64,000 nucleotides of DNA from Styela clava (GCF_964204865.1 NC_135264.1:13206001-13270000), one strand, 5' to 3'; counted from the first letter of the stretch, positions 11,884-24,985 are shown. Notes: generated by a model from the letters alone, not told the origin. Translations and numbers: made by a program.

Positions 11884-13491
11884 GATAGCGGTCACATACA
11901 CTTCACACATGTTATGTGCCTACGGTGAAATACACCAAACCCGTCGGTTGCTATGAAACGAAAACACCGTTCACACTAGCATGAACGAAGACACACAAAA
12001 ATGATTTGCTACGACGAGTCGGATCATGCCCGCGGGCCTAATGTTGCCAACCCAATGGATGACAGATACAAAATTGATAGTCAAAATCAACTAACTAATT
12101 TAATACATTAGGTACGCAAATCATTTGATATAATTTTTATATTATCCGTCAAGAATTTATTTTTGCCGAAACCGGTTTACGTAATTCAGTCGAACCAGTC
12201 TCGATATAGCGCCAGTATTTGTGTACTATGATGTAAAATCTCATTTCTGCAATTGATGGACAGTTCCTGCCTGAGAATTGAATATGATGAATTGACATTG
12301 AAATTGTGGGAGCAAAACAGGTGAAATATGATTTGATCATAGTTACAATAACCCTATTCCAATGATCTCACCAAATCACATCGCTGCAGAATAAATTTTA
12401 TTATGAATCTTTGAATACCTTCGCTGTTTCAATCCTTCAGTAGATAACATTTTGTCTAAATATCATTATATAATACTAAACTAGATGGAATGGTTTTGTG
12501 TATTTCGTAGGCCTTTTTCTATTTTGCATGAACAACAAGTCTTGGTTTGCTCTGATTTTATTTTAAAAATGTTAAATCACCGCCATCTTGTTTCCATTTG
12601 TTCGACAAAGGTCGGTGTGAATTAAACAATTTTTTTTCACTGGAGCGCTATTTTTGCAATACAATTTTGACTTTTAAATATTTTCTTTCAAGTGGGCTAT
12701 TGATGAAACAAGTTTCTTATTGTGTGTGACAACTCGGCGAACTGACTGGGTGGTGGATTCTATGTTTGTGTGCCTGGAAGACCCATCAAAATATATTTTT
12801 TAAGTATCCCAATGAGAAAGTCACACACAATCAATTATCTTCCAAGTATTCGAGATTCGATTCAAAAAAGTATTCGATTCTGACATTTGCTGGTATTCGA
12901 AAATGCCCAGCCCTAGTTACGACACGCGTGTACATATATATATATATATACCTCATTACAACATGTATGAACAACATTCGGATGCAGTGACTTATCCAAA
13001 TGTATTTGGACTCTTTGACTGATTGTTTTAAAATTAGCGTAATGAGTTATACGTATTTGTCGTAATTAAAGAAACTGTTACGGCTGTTCTGTGTTGATCA
13101 TCGTCAGCTGACTGATGTCTCTAAACATAGATACATGATAATATGATCAAAGCATATATATTATAGTTTTGTTACATGAATGAAACTTATTATTATTAAT
13201 CAGGTAATAACAACGTGATAATACGTAGTATTGATAATTTTCAAACTTATACAACAAAGTCAAATTCTATTCCATCATCAATTATCTGCGTATAGATTGA
13301 GTAATCATATTAGATAAGATAATCAGTTACTAATAACAACATGATCACACGTAGCGGGCATTGATAAGATTCACAATTAAAGCTCAAATTTTGTCCGTTA
13401 TCGTGAAAAAATATATATATAGATGACCAACAAAAACGAATTAAATATATATTATTCTTTTTGAAAACCAGACAAGTTTGAGGATTGTGAA

Positions 13492-14466
13492 ATGATTTCC
13501 TATCGCCACCCTTACCAATGTATTTCAAACGCACGGTGGACGCCATTGGTTCGTTTTAATTACGCCGGGGATGAAGATTTGGAAGATATTCGTACAAGAA
13601 AAAGAAAGTATTTATCCGATGGACAGGTTACAGAAAGTAAAGTCACAAATGCAGAAACACACGACACCCAGATCTGCAACTTAAAATACTCCGAGGTAAC
13701 CACGCACACCAAACTTGATCAGAAGAAGAAAATTACTCTCTTTACGATAGACGCCATTTTGGGGCATTCGACGGAAAGCCCAAGTAAAAAGAGAAAACTT
13801 ATTCAATTTTCGAAGCCAGAAAAAAAGAAAGATAATTCATTCGATTCTGGTATTTCATCATCAGAAGAAAACGAGGATTCAATATTTTCAAATACAAACG
13901 CAAACGAAAGCGGAATCTGCACTAACAATTACGAAAAACCACAACACCAAAGAGCTGAAACTAAGACTGTCGTTCCAGATCAACCTAAAACAATGAACAA
14001 TCAAGAAATGCTTCCCTCGGAAAGCTACAGTCATATATATAAGCGTGTCAATACCTATTTCTATTTTGGATCGAACCATCTTGAACAACAAATTTGGATG
14101 CCTCACCAGCAAGCAATTCCAAAGGCCCCGATTGAGCCAATAGCCTTTGTTGGCCAAGGTTGTTCCTTGCCAAATAATCACAATTTGTTAACTCCTCGAC
14201 TTCAAAAGTCAGGTCAGACAAAAAGAACAAGAGCAGTTTTTACTCCAAAGCAAACAGAACATTTGGAAAATATGTTCAACAATCAACAATACATCGTTGG
14301 AATTGAAAGACGAGAACTTGCTGAAAAGCTTAGACTCACAGATGCACAAGTAAAAGTTTGGTTTCAAAACAGAAGAATCAAATACAGGAATGAGAAAAAG
14401 CGAAGACCCGACATAGACATAAACAAACTCAGCATTCTTAAACGTCAAGCAATCGGTGATTTTTGA
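13492..14466 (+). CDS. Not-like (NKL class) homeobox protein, copy 2, intronless
   Basis: 324-aa ORF colinear with copy 1; eh1 motif FTIDAILG; homeodomain QQYIVGIERRELAEKLRLTDAQVKVWFQNRRIKYR. Confidence 0.9.
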   Translation: MISYRHPYQCISNARWTPLVRFNYAGDEDLEDIRTRKRKYLSDGQVTESKVTNAETHDTQICNLKYSEVTTHTKLDQKKKITLFTIDAILGHSTESPSKKRKLIQFSKPEKKKDNSFDSGISSSEENEDSIFSNTNANESGICTNNYEKPQHQRAETKTVVPDQPKTMNNQEMLPSESYSHIYKRVNTYFYFGSNHLEQQIWMPHQQAIPKAPIEPIAFVGQGCSLPNNHNLLTPRLQKSGQTKRTRAVFTPKQTEHLENMFNNQQYIVGIERRELAEKLRLTDAQVKVWFQNRRIKYRNEKKRRPDIDINKLSILKRQAIGDF

Positions 14467-14774
14467 AATGCTGGGTAATATATTATAACTTCATGTTCCA
14501 TTTTTGAATTTGTTTGTACAAATCTTATAATTTAATTCATTCCATTAATACAATGGCGAATGATCATGCTCTCCGCCATCATATTTTTCGGAGTAATTTA
14601 TTTTATTCAGTTCTTTGATCCTTGCTCTCATATTATAATCTGCAATATGGCTGATATTTCCGCGTAGGATGCTGGGTATACAGCTCGTCGTACAAGGATT
14701 GTGGAGAGCAAAACGTGCCGTTATGTTTCCATCCTTTGTGGGCATTTCGTTAAAGTGCATGGAGAAAATAGAGA

Positions 14775-17700
14775 ATGCCCGAAAATAAGCCTTTGGTTAG
14801 AAGAATCGTAGAGAGTAAAACGTTAGAATGTTTTCTTATAAAACGACTCATTTCATCGGTAATAGGCTTCTTAGTTGGATATGGTAAGAAATGCACCTTA
14901 GTCTATTTAATGTCTAAATGTCGCTACTGGATAACTCATTGCTAACGTTAACTTAGTCAAATGAGTACGCCGATTTTAATTCTAGTTGAAGTGGATATCA
15001 AACTAAATAATTTACTAATACGCCTTCCAAATCGTGTTTCTATTTCGGAAAGATAAGTTCCGCTGCTTTGGTGAATAAAACTCAAATTTTTCCAGAGTAT
15101 TTTCCTTACCCTGTCGGTAGGCTACGGCATTTGGGCAAGATATCAATGAAATATTTATTCTTCAGCATATTATGCGATGTCTTTTTCGCGTGCTTTCCGA
15201 CCGGAAGAACAAGAATATGCAGATATGGTAAAATGGGGAGTTTTGCTGGCATCAACGATCGGCTGTTTTGTGTCTCCACAATGTTGTTGCATCGCAGCAT
15301 TATGTGTGCCAACGATGTCTGCTAAAACTGGAAGAAACTTCATCCAAGCAATATTATTAGCCTGGATTTTGGCAGGTAAGTTCGGTAAATACTGATTATG
15401 GTTTTAGATTTTTAGAATAAATGATATTGGATCGCAGACGACATTTTTTATAAAAGGCATTCTAGGTTCAATTTTATGCCGAGATTAAGGCTCGGTATGA
15501 CATCACAAACCCCGCCTTTGGCACTCATTGTTTAAAAATAGAATTAATATGAACGCACAATAGTTAGTAGTGTTGATTGACGTCCATGGAAACTAGCACA
15601 CCATCCTTTCTTCCCGTTATTTGGGGGAAAATAGTTAATTGATTTTCTCATATAAATTATTTTATATTATACTCAAAACAGGTCCCATAACAAATATCAT
15701 GTATCATGCAACTGAAGCAATTCGGTGCATATCTTGCGTGACGGAACTGCAGGAAAACCAAAGTGAATTGATGGTAGATCTCATGAAAGCACCAATTGTT
15801 CACGGATTGGGTTTGATTGTGGTATATTTGAATTTTGCTTCTCTCAATACTTTTCGTTAATTTGCTTTTATTTACATATAAAAAACTTGTTTAAAATATA
15901 AATTTCGCGATACGCGCTGTGCTCATTGGAAAATTGAAACGTTATCATCCACACAGAAATAAAACTAAAAGGCAGTTAATTTGTCCCTTCATTTTTAACG
16001 ATATTTTAGATTGTGTATATTACAGAAATTTCGTCTAAGCTGGGCGAGAGTTGTTGATTAGGGTAATGATAAGAATTATTGATAAGTAAAATTTGTATCG
16101 CTTTGCAGTGGCGCGTAATCAGTAAACCTCACACATTAAGGCGTTATCGTCAAATTGATCAATTTATTCACAAAAAATTTTCGTCTCCAAACAAGGATGA
16201 ATCAGATTCTCTGGATGATTCACAATATGAACTTGAAGACAATTTAGAAATGTTACAATCAGAATTACTCATTAGCGCTTTCGGGAAAGCCAAAGCAAAA
16301 GAAATGATGATAGAAGAGAAGGAAGCTGCAGAGAAAAAAAAGGAAAGCGCAGAAGAAGAAACGAGAAAACGAATAAAAAGAAAAGCAAAAGTAGCGAGGC
16401 AAGGAAGAACTCTAGCAAAAAAACCTAAATCAAAGAGGAATAAAAGAAATGCTAAAAATATGAGAACAAATAGGCTAGAACGCTATCGAAAAATTAATTC
16501 GAGACGAAATAACCGACTTCATTCATTGTTGAAACGTAATGTTAAAAGAGCAGATGTGTATATAGACGAGGAAGAGTATCTCCCAAATGCACCAGAAGAA
16601 GAATTCACCAACGAAACGGAGGCGATCGCTGACAAAGGAGTTGAATTAGCGGAAAATATGAAAAAAGAGGGTCTTCGGGTTTGCAATGGTATGGAAATTA
16701 TAATTTTACTTTGGCGCTTAATCATAAGTTAGGCGGATTTCAACTACGAATGGTGACTCACTGTTATATTTAAATATAATTACCTGTTTCATGTGTTTAA
16801 TTAATAATCAATAAAACAAGATGTGGTGCCACTTTGGTATGCGCGTGAAAGTCATAAAACTAATCTGGTACGTGATCCGAATTGCATAAAGACATTCTGA
16901 TAAAAATCAGAATGTACAGTCATTCTGATTAAGTTCCCAACCCTGTCATCGTTAGGCCGCTGAGATCGCTCACAGTGGCACCCAAGATGTCTTGGTCGGC
17001 CTAACAAAAATTGGGATCACTGACATATTTGGGGTGAACATCCCTCAAAAATTCCGACACCTCACCTAATTTTGAGCTGTGGCAACACACATTAATTTTT
17101 AACACAAATAAAGTTGTATTTAGATATCCAAAAAACGGATTATCCCCCCCCCCCTAAAGTGACATTTTGGGAACATACTTATGAGCACATTTACTTTATT
17201 TTCAGTACAATAAGTTCTTAGTGCTCATATTCCTTTCTATCTCTTCCAGAAATTTTTGATAAAGCATACAACGGATGCTGCGAATTAGCAGATACAGCGT
17301 GGGCAACATGCATGGGTATCATCTTAGTTCCCATTTATTCGCATGTCATTTGTCAAATCGTCTATTGGGTCGGAGAGGCAAAATGCAATAAGAAGATAAG
17401 AGGTAGTCAAAAAGAATTGTTTGTAATTGGACTAATTTTTAAAGTTACCGGTACCTAGTGGAAGTTTCCCCGAGCATCGGTTTTCTTGTTTATTTCCGTA
17501 ACAATAAGCAATGAGTCAATAACGACGCAACACTTGCAATTAATGCGGCCGCATTAATTAAGTGGTGACATGACGTGGTTTTATGTTACAATAGTTAGTT
17601 TTCAGTTGTATTTCCAAAAATTAGTAAATCGAATAAATTAATTGTCACTATACAGGCTGAAATAAACTAGGCAGTCAACGCCGATCGGAAGATTCTGATC

Positions 17701-20700
17701 TTTTCAAAAAAGAAGACCCCGTAAGCATCAGTAGCTGATTGTACACGGCCTTGATCCGGGCGAAATGGCGTCGGATAATAAATTGAAAATTTTGGTTTTC
17801 TCAAGTTGTTTTATTTTTAGATAAGAAAGATAAAAAATGTAAGGCTCAACCTGATCTTAACAATGAAGGGGTTAACGATAATTACAGCTTCATTTCATAC
17901 CAAGTTGAAAACGTTCATAAACAGTTTGACATGAAATTGTTATGGAAGGTTTGATTTGATATAATAATATTGAAATAATTATCTTATTTTCGTGTTTTTT
18001 TTCAATTTGGTGTTGAGATTATTATAATTGTATGAAAAATACATTAGGTGTATAAATGATCATAGTATACTAGGCCTCTTTTAAGTTCATTATTGACATT
18101 TTAGAAGGTATGTTTTAATAGAGCATGAACTCGAGGCCGGGAGACGTCGCTAGAAGGCCATTTTTTCGCTTTTTCATTTGAAACGAACACTTTTTATTTC
18201 GTATTTCTCGGCCGTCTTCGTGTCGGGAGATTTTTTTCAGCAAACTCGGTGCTATGAGGTCTACCAAAACGGTTCCACATTGATCATGTATTTGAACATT
18301 GCTCTCTTGTTTGTTCCGAAGAATGTCAATGCGAGTTGAAGTTGCAAGCAAATGTATTTTCTTCAACTGACTCCAATGCCCCCTAAAGGTCATATCGTTG
18401 TCTACCAGTAATGTACCAAAGTCCGAAAACATCTGTTTATATGATATTCATACATTTATGCATAAGTTGCTTTTTTTTAAACCAAAATGAAATAAACTCT
18501 CACTCTCTCTCTCTCTCTCCAATTACTTTGTTTAGAAACCCTCCCTTGATGAAAGAGCGGCTGTGATGACGATTCAAGAGATTACTCAAGGAGTGAAAGC
18601 TGATTATAAGTGGCGTATGATGGTCATGAATATGTGTGTTTCTATTGCAAAAAAAGTCGTGGCAATAACCATTATTCTTGTATTAAAAGCGTAAGTAAGA
18701 GACTATATACATTTGCCGTTCCTGAATTTAAACGAAAAACAATTTTTTTTTGTTTAAGATAATTTATCATTTAGTAAATTTATTACCGATCACTCGAATG
18801 CCACGAGTTTCTGAAACTATAAAGATTTATTGAGGTTTATTGCGTGCCAATGAAGCGATGAAGTCAATAAAATCAGGAAAATAGCTGATAGATGGTGAAG
18901 TTCACATTACTAGAGCCCAAGAAAAAGCCTTGGTCATAAAAAGGCTTTTGTCTACTCTAGGAGTTACGCTGACTGTTAGCGAGTGAGAGCTTACAGCCAG
19001 TTTTTTCACTGGAGCGAGTTTTGAATGTTCAAGAACATTCATTATAATATCTGATATGATAAACATTTAGAATGATGGAAAAATTTCTCCACAGAAACGA
19101 CAAAATTTCTGGTTGGAAAACATGGAATTTTAGATGAATGGTCAATAGACTTTTCGGGCAAAGTCATCCATTATACACGGTGGTCGCTATGAAGCAGAAA
19201 ATTTAAAGGTCCGATGAAATGCGTATAGGTATAGGTGGAATTGGAAGGATATCCCACAAATTAACCTTCAAAACGCTACATAAGCTTGGACTTCTAACTT
19301 AAGACACTGCTCCTGAGTGCTCGGATGACATTTTGAGCATCTATGAGTGTAATATAACATATGCCTTTAAAACCATTGTAAAAGTTATTATTTGTAAAAA
19401 CAAACAGCTGTTTCACAAATTTTCTGTTTTTTTCAGCGACGACCCTGTATATTTAAGTTTATTTATTTACATAAATTTTAATTAGCACTCCGGAAGTATG
19501 TGCACCAAGATGGCGCACAACCTGAACCCTAACCTGGTACACATACTATATTCAGGTTGTGCGCCATCTTGGTGCACATACTCCGGGAGCACCTTTTAAT
19601 CAATATAACATTACAGTGCTGCTGGATACAATACTAATTATCTTACTGACTACAACTTCGACAACTTTTATATATCTTCCTATTTCGCATATAAAGACAA
19701 ACAACGGAAAAAAGCGGTGGGTATTCTTTATGTGTCCACAATTTGATTTGCGTTCGTCATCAACTTAAATTTTTTTTATTTTCGAATCTTCTAGAGAAAA
19801 CGTCATCTTTTGCCGTTAACAAAAATAGAAAGCAAATATGTTTTGAGACCGACAGATTTCAAATTCACTGCGGCAGAAAAGAAATCTATAGTAAGTATCT
19901 TAGGGGAAAGAAAAAGCCGACAAGACGGTCCAATCACATGGTGAAACATGGCTTTTCGTATGGCTACCAGGGTAGATGAAAATTTAAACAGATACATGGA
20001 CGTGAAGGGCGAAGGGTCCAGCAATCCTCCCGCACTCAATTAGCCACGCGAGATTCGAACCCGCGGGGGCAAACAGAGAAAAAAGCTTGTTCCAACTCTT
20101 AACACGATTCGCCAACTGTCAGCCTCCATATACCGATGTAATGTACATAAAAGTGATGCGTACTCTCTAAATTTCCATATCCTAATCATATTTTTAGCTA
20201 TTCAAGATCATCACTCTCATTATACAAGGATTATTTACTACTATTCTATTCGTTTTCGACGAAATAGTATTTTTTATCATGGACCTTATTGCAAGACACG
20301 GTAAATCTGATTACCATGTAACTGGACGACACAGACTAGAGGCGAATATTGTCGGAAACGGAACTGTGTCTGATTTGTTACGAGTTGTGTTTTCTGGATT
20401 CTTGGATAATGATCATAGCATGGAATTAACTGGTTCTAATGAAGGTAACTCAATCCCCAAATGATCAAAAATTCGTTGCTCGAAGCTCAGTTTTTTTATC
20501 TAGTTCAATGCGTATATCAGTGGTTCCTAACCTTTCTTGTTATATTCTTTCCTTTCCTATTTTGGACCTTTTTTTCCTCACTCTCTTCACACAAAACTAC
20601 AATTCACAAGTCGCACTCCCGTACAGTTTATATTATGTGTATAAATAATTATTGCATTATTAATAATGAATACTAGTCATACATATCTAGTACAAAAGTT

Positions 20701-22744
20701 TAAATCCTCACTGTTTGGGAAACGTTGGCGTATATAAAATGAATAAAAGTAATAAATTACCAGCGACAACCTCAATCTTAACCACTGAAAATTCCAAAGT
20801 AATTTTTTTCAGTGGATAAAGATAATTTTCCCCATTAGAACAAGAATTCTAACAACATTATCACAATAACAAAACGATTCATAGGACCACTCTGTGTCCA
20901 ACAATTAAGCAGAGTAATGCATTCACTAGAATAGTTGCTTTTGGCCGCTATCTTATTAGGAAACTGAACTGTGACCATTTTTCTGATTTTTCGGTACTCC
21001 CGTAGTATGTGAACCAAAATGGCGGACACCGTAACGTAGTATGTGTGCCAGGTTAGGCCATATTTTTTGGTACAAATACTACGGGAGCTAGTACCCGAAC
21101 TCATAATATAACTAAAATAAGGAAAATTGGAATAAAATTATGGCCTAACCTGGTACGCATACTACGTTCCGTTATCCGCCATCTTGGTTCGCGTACTACA
21201 GGAGTACCGTTTTTTCATCATTCACAAGTATTTCTCTATTTCAGAATGTATGCCTCATCCACATAAATTAGAACGGGAAATCGTGACTTGGTCCATCACC
21301 GGCTACAGTTTTTTAATCTGTCTTATACTAGTAGAAGGATATTTGCTTCGTATTCGACGCGTTATTTGTGGAATATTTTACCCAAGACGAGAAAAACGTA
21401 GAATAATTCATTTATATAACAACCTATTACGACAAAGGAAGCAACATATATTCTCAGTACGAAAGGCTGTCCTCAAGCTTGCCTTGACGAAAAGATTGAA
21501 TGTAAGTGTTAAACAGTAAACATTTTCAAATCGGAGAGATACAATCCAATTGATAAGTAGCCCAGGCTTGTATGTGTGAAAAGTACAGTATTTTACGGAC
21601 GGACCATAAGGCATCCGTACTAACATGGGCAATGGACCTTTCCCCGACCTTTGACCCCCGAAAAACTCTTTATATATTTTGATTCATCGCATACATACAA
21701 CAATCTGTTTTTAAAAGGTCCGGTAAAGAATTTTATCCTAATCTATCACAGCTATTTCTACACTAATTTTTTATTACTACAATTAAATCAAAACTCCTAG
21801 GAGGACAGAGTGATAATTGAATAATCCGATTTATATTTTAAGTTTCGGACACAACAGAAAACTAACGAATATTGTTCAAAAACGCGAAAACGAGGTAATG
21901 TTTACGACCACGCTTGAAAATCTGTCTGAGTGAGAAAGTGTCTAAGCGGATGCGAAAAGGGAATATTGTTACGTCACTTTTTGCATCATGCTGATGGGCC
22001 AATGTCACGAAGTAAACAAGGAAGTCGATGCTCGGGGAAAGATCTATAAAGGGTGCTCCCGAAGTATTCGTACCAGGATGGCGCACAACCTGAACCAGGT
22101 TAGGGGAGGGGGGGTTCAGGTTGTACGTCATCTTGGTACGAATACTTCCGGAGGGCCAAGTAAAGCACTACCCGATCCGCACCATCTTATAAGGCGCCTG
22201 ATCGATTTTTGAGGTGTTTTTAAAGTGCGCCTGATTGTAAGGAATTCTGTAAATAGCTTATCAATCCCCGTTCTGAAGCGGTTTATTAACAGAAATCCAC
22301 ATTTATTTTAGCAAAAATACAGTTTTCTGGAGGCAATTCGGATTCGATACCCGAAAATTGGCAAAATATTATCCATGTTGGGATATGGAAAACTTCGTTG
22401 TTTGATATGTGAGACACCTGAAACGCCGAAACATACTTTGTGGAGATGCAGTAACGTCAAGTGCAGGATGCTGTATTGTAATATTTGTTGGATAGAAGTC
22501 GATGTAAGTCAGGTTACAATTATACGTTAATCGACCGACAAATTTTGCCAAATCTAAATTTCTTACTCTATAGGAAATGTGTTGGGCATGCAACAGTTAC
22601 AGAGGAGTAGAGAAAGCATTGCCAAACACAACTGAAGATAATCAAGCCACAGATGAAATTGAGAAAGACCAGCAAGAAATAGTAACAACAGAAAATCAAA
22701 ATTTGCTTCTTAGTGATGAAGAAGACAGTGAAACTTCGCTCTAA
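14775..22744 (+). CDS. DCST1: DC-STAMP domain protein DCST1-like (sneaky/SPE-42 family) with C-terminal RING-like finger, about 13 exons
   Basis: Exons at about 14775-14883, 15166-15375, 15682-15773, 16109-16688, 17250-17402, 17821-17948, 18536-18690, 19617-19716, 19795-19890, 20198-20444, 21245-21501, 22312-22503, 22574-22744. Motifs: GPITNI..CVTELQ, FDNFYISSYF, HLLPL, ECMPHP, LRIRRVICGIFYPRREKRRI.HLYN, CLIC..C...C..YC..CW..CWAC. Confidence 0.9.
19484..19593. mobile_element. Merlin-like MITE, family A (short form)
   Basis: TIRs AGCACTCC/GGAGCACC; TSD TTTTAATT/TTTTAATC. Confidence 0.7.
19905..20120 (-). mobile_element. tRNA-derived SINE (degenerate)
   Basis: B-box GGTTCGAATC on the minus strand (about 20051-20060); body similar to the 48041 copy. 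Confidence 0.6.
20993..21208. mobile_element. Merlin-like MITE, family A
   Basis: GGTACTCC...GGAGTACC TIRs; TSD GATTTTTC/GTTTTTTC. Confidence 0.8.
22052..22157. mobile_element. Merlin-like MITE, family A (short form)
   Basis: GGTGCTCCCGAAGTATTCGTACCA TIR matches the right end; TSD is degenerate. Confidence 0.65.
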
Positions 22745-23573
22745 TAAAACGACGAAAGCCGACTGTTACGTTGACGAATTTATTTACTAAACTATTGGTA
22801 TGGTTGCCAACAGCCGACTCAAATCGAATAAAGATCCATATTTTTTTCCCATACAAAGTATAAGAAATATGATGAACAGGTAGTGGCACTATGCTTGGTA
22901 ATTGTGAGAATGAGTTGAAAATCTCGTCTCATTCCTCATTCCAGCCTTGCCCGAAATAACGATTTAAAAAAACAAGTTAATTCTATGTCTGCTCTTATTT
23001 TGTTGGTTTCATTTTTTCTGTTTTAGGACTACATTCAGAAAGATGTTTATAATTGTGACTAAATCGATTCACGAAAAACTAAAATATGTTATACAGTCAG
23101 CTCAATACTCTAATATGGTCGTTATTATTAAAATACACTGGCCTCGCGTTTTTAATAGTAACTAACTATATTATTCGGGAATAAAGCAAAAATATGGATG
23201 TTTAACACAAGTGAGGGTATATGCCGCCTGAACCAGTGATGACCAATTATTGTGTCTGCTGTAGATGGATACTTTAATAGTCACTAGTTTCAGCACATTC
23301 AAAACTTTATTTAATAAATAACATGAAAGAGAAACGACTGCAACTTTCTGAATTAGTCCTTCAGAAGGATATACTGATATTTGCTAAGAGCAGCACATTT
23401 TTGTTAAGCACCATAAAATTAAAAACAAACTAGAAATAAAAAACAACAATTGGAATATAATCTCCCATATAGAAATGAGCAATGTATCATGGACCAATAT
23501 TTTTTCAAGATGATTCATAAATAACAGGGGTCATTTCTGAATGGGGATGGAGAAAATTGACTAAAGACAGTGG

Positions 23574-24104
23574 TCAACTGTGTAAAACATGTTCAAAAGT
23601 TTTTGCGATGTATAGAGCGCATAAAATTGCCATACCATTATGAAGCCATTTTCGATATTTATCATCTTTTCTTACAAGCACGACTGGTGAAGGATTCGTT
23701 AAGTTCCGAACATTTAACCTGGACAGTTCTCTACTATCTGTTGTTACCTGATACTTGCAGCATGGATCAAATTGCCACGATATACCATATAAAGTTGCAC
23801 ACCCCGTACACATCATAGCTGAGGGAACGCTGAGATATAGTCCAACAGGTATTGAATCTGGTAATAACTGTGGCAATAATAAAGCTGCTAGTCCAGATAG
23901 TACAGACGTTTTATGAAGACAGTTCCCGACTCTTATCCATCGATTTGTTTCTTCACCTAATTTTGTCGGTTCAATGACAATGTATTTTACTCCTGCTTCT
24001 AAAGCTCCTTCGAGTTCAAGTTCGAAATTATCTGTCGAATTTTCATCAGAATATACTTCACGGATGACCCTAGTCTCCTCTCTTGTACGTACTTCTTCAT
24101 CCAT
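23574..24104 (-). CDS. TMEM11: Transmembrane protein 11, mitochondrial; single coding exon
   Basis: Motifs FELELEGALEAGVKYIVIEPTKLGEETNRWIRVGNCLHKT, LYGISWQFDPCCKYQV and PVVLVRKDD. ATG at 24104; acceptor TTTTTAG at about 24152 implies a spliced 5' UTR. Confidence 0.95.
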   Translation of the reverse strand: MDEEVRTREETRVIREVYSDENSTDNFELELEGALEAGVKYIVIEPTKLGEETNRWIRVGNCLHKTSVLSGLAALLLPQLLPDSIPVGLYLSVPSAMMCTGCATLYGISWQFDPCCKYQVTTDSRELSRLNVRNLTNPSPVVLVRKDDKYRKWLHNGMAILCALYIAKTFEHVLHS

Positions 24105-24821
24105 ACTTAATACCGGTAACTTCAATGGTTGTACAGAATTACTTTCTCAGCCTAAAAAATGGCAGAGTGCTAATGGTAATAAAGTGAGTTCTGTTATCGA
24201 ACAGCTTTTTTTACTTACTCATGTTTTTTACTTTGCCTTATAGTAATAAAGTAGGGTATACGTTTGGTGGATATGAATTATTGACGTTTAAAAAAATGAA
24301 TCTTCTTTTCAATATGAGTCAGCTATTACTTTGTCAGTAACATGTAGAAAGGAATAATAACCAGTTCTTGGAGTTACTTCACAATGAAGAGGATAATACC
24401 ATGGTAATCATGTTTAATACCATGGTAATCTAGGCTTCTGTAATTAGTAAGCGATGGATAAAAACAATGCTTGGCATGTCTCCTCGATTCAGATTATGGG
24501 ATTGCTTTGGATGGTCAACTCCATACTAAAAATTGAGCCAAGAACAGACAATATGGAAAACGAAAAAGGCTATTACCTAGGTCCTGCCAAGATTTCTAGA
24601 TAACTGTTTAAATAAAATGTTATTGACACCAGCAATTGTATTTTACGATGGGATCAGTTTGAACTACCGGACCAAAATTACTTTCTTGTGGCGGAGACGG
24701 CATTGTTATAAGTTCGCTGTAAATTTCTAGTGATATGAATTAGTCTGATATTATTTCATGTTCTGATGTTTATTATTCAGAAGCAACAATTGTTTCGTTG
24801 TGTGCATGCCACTAACAGAAG

Positions 24822-24985
24822 ATAGGATAGGATTTTACATATTTATCCCGGGGGGAGAGGAAAGTCGATAAGACGGCTTATCCATATGGCGAACCACGGC
24901 CTCTCGTCCGGTTACCATTCCAAGTCGGGTATGGGATTCGATTTTACTGTATTGTTTGTTTTCGGAAGCATGGACTTGATAATGA
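24822..24985 (-). mobile_element. tRNA-derived SINE, 3' part with (ATCCT)n tail
   Basis: Matches the 3' half of the 48041-48375 element; tail reads GATAGGATAGGAT on the plus strand. Confidence 0.7.

Noticed and set aside
15774-15810. Extended DCST1 exon 3 (VDLMKAPIVHGL) using the donor at 15810
   Set aside because: Its phase gives stops with the downstream acceptors; the donor after 15773 yields ELQENQSELM-WRVISKP, which matches the family.
18115-18432. 105-aa antisense ORF nested in a DCST1 intron
   Set aside because: It overlaps a degenerate Helentron-associated repeat (AACAAGAGAGCAATGTTCAAATA) and has no recognisable protein features.
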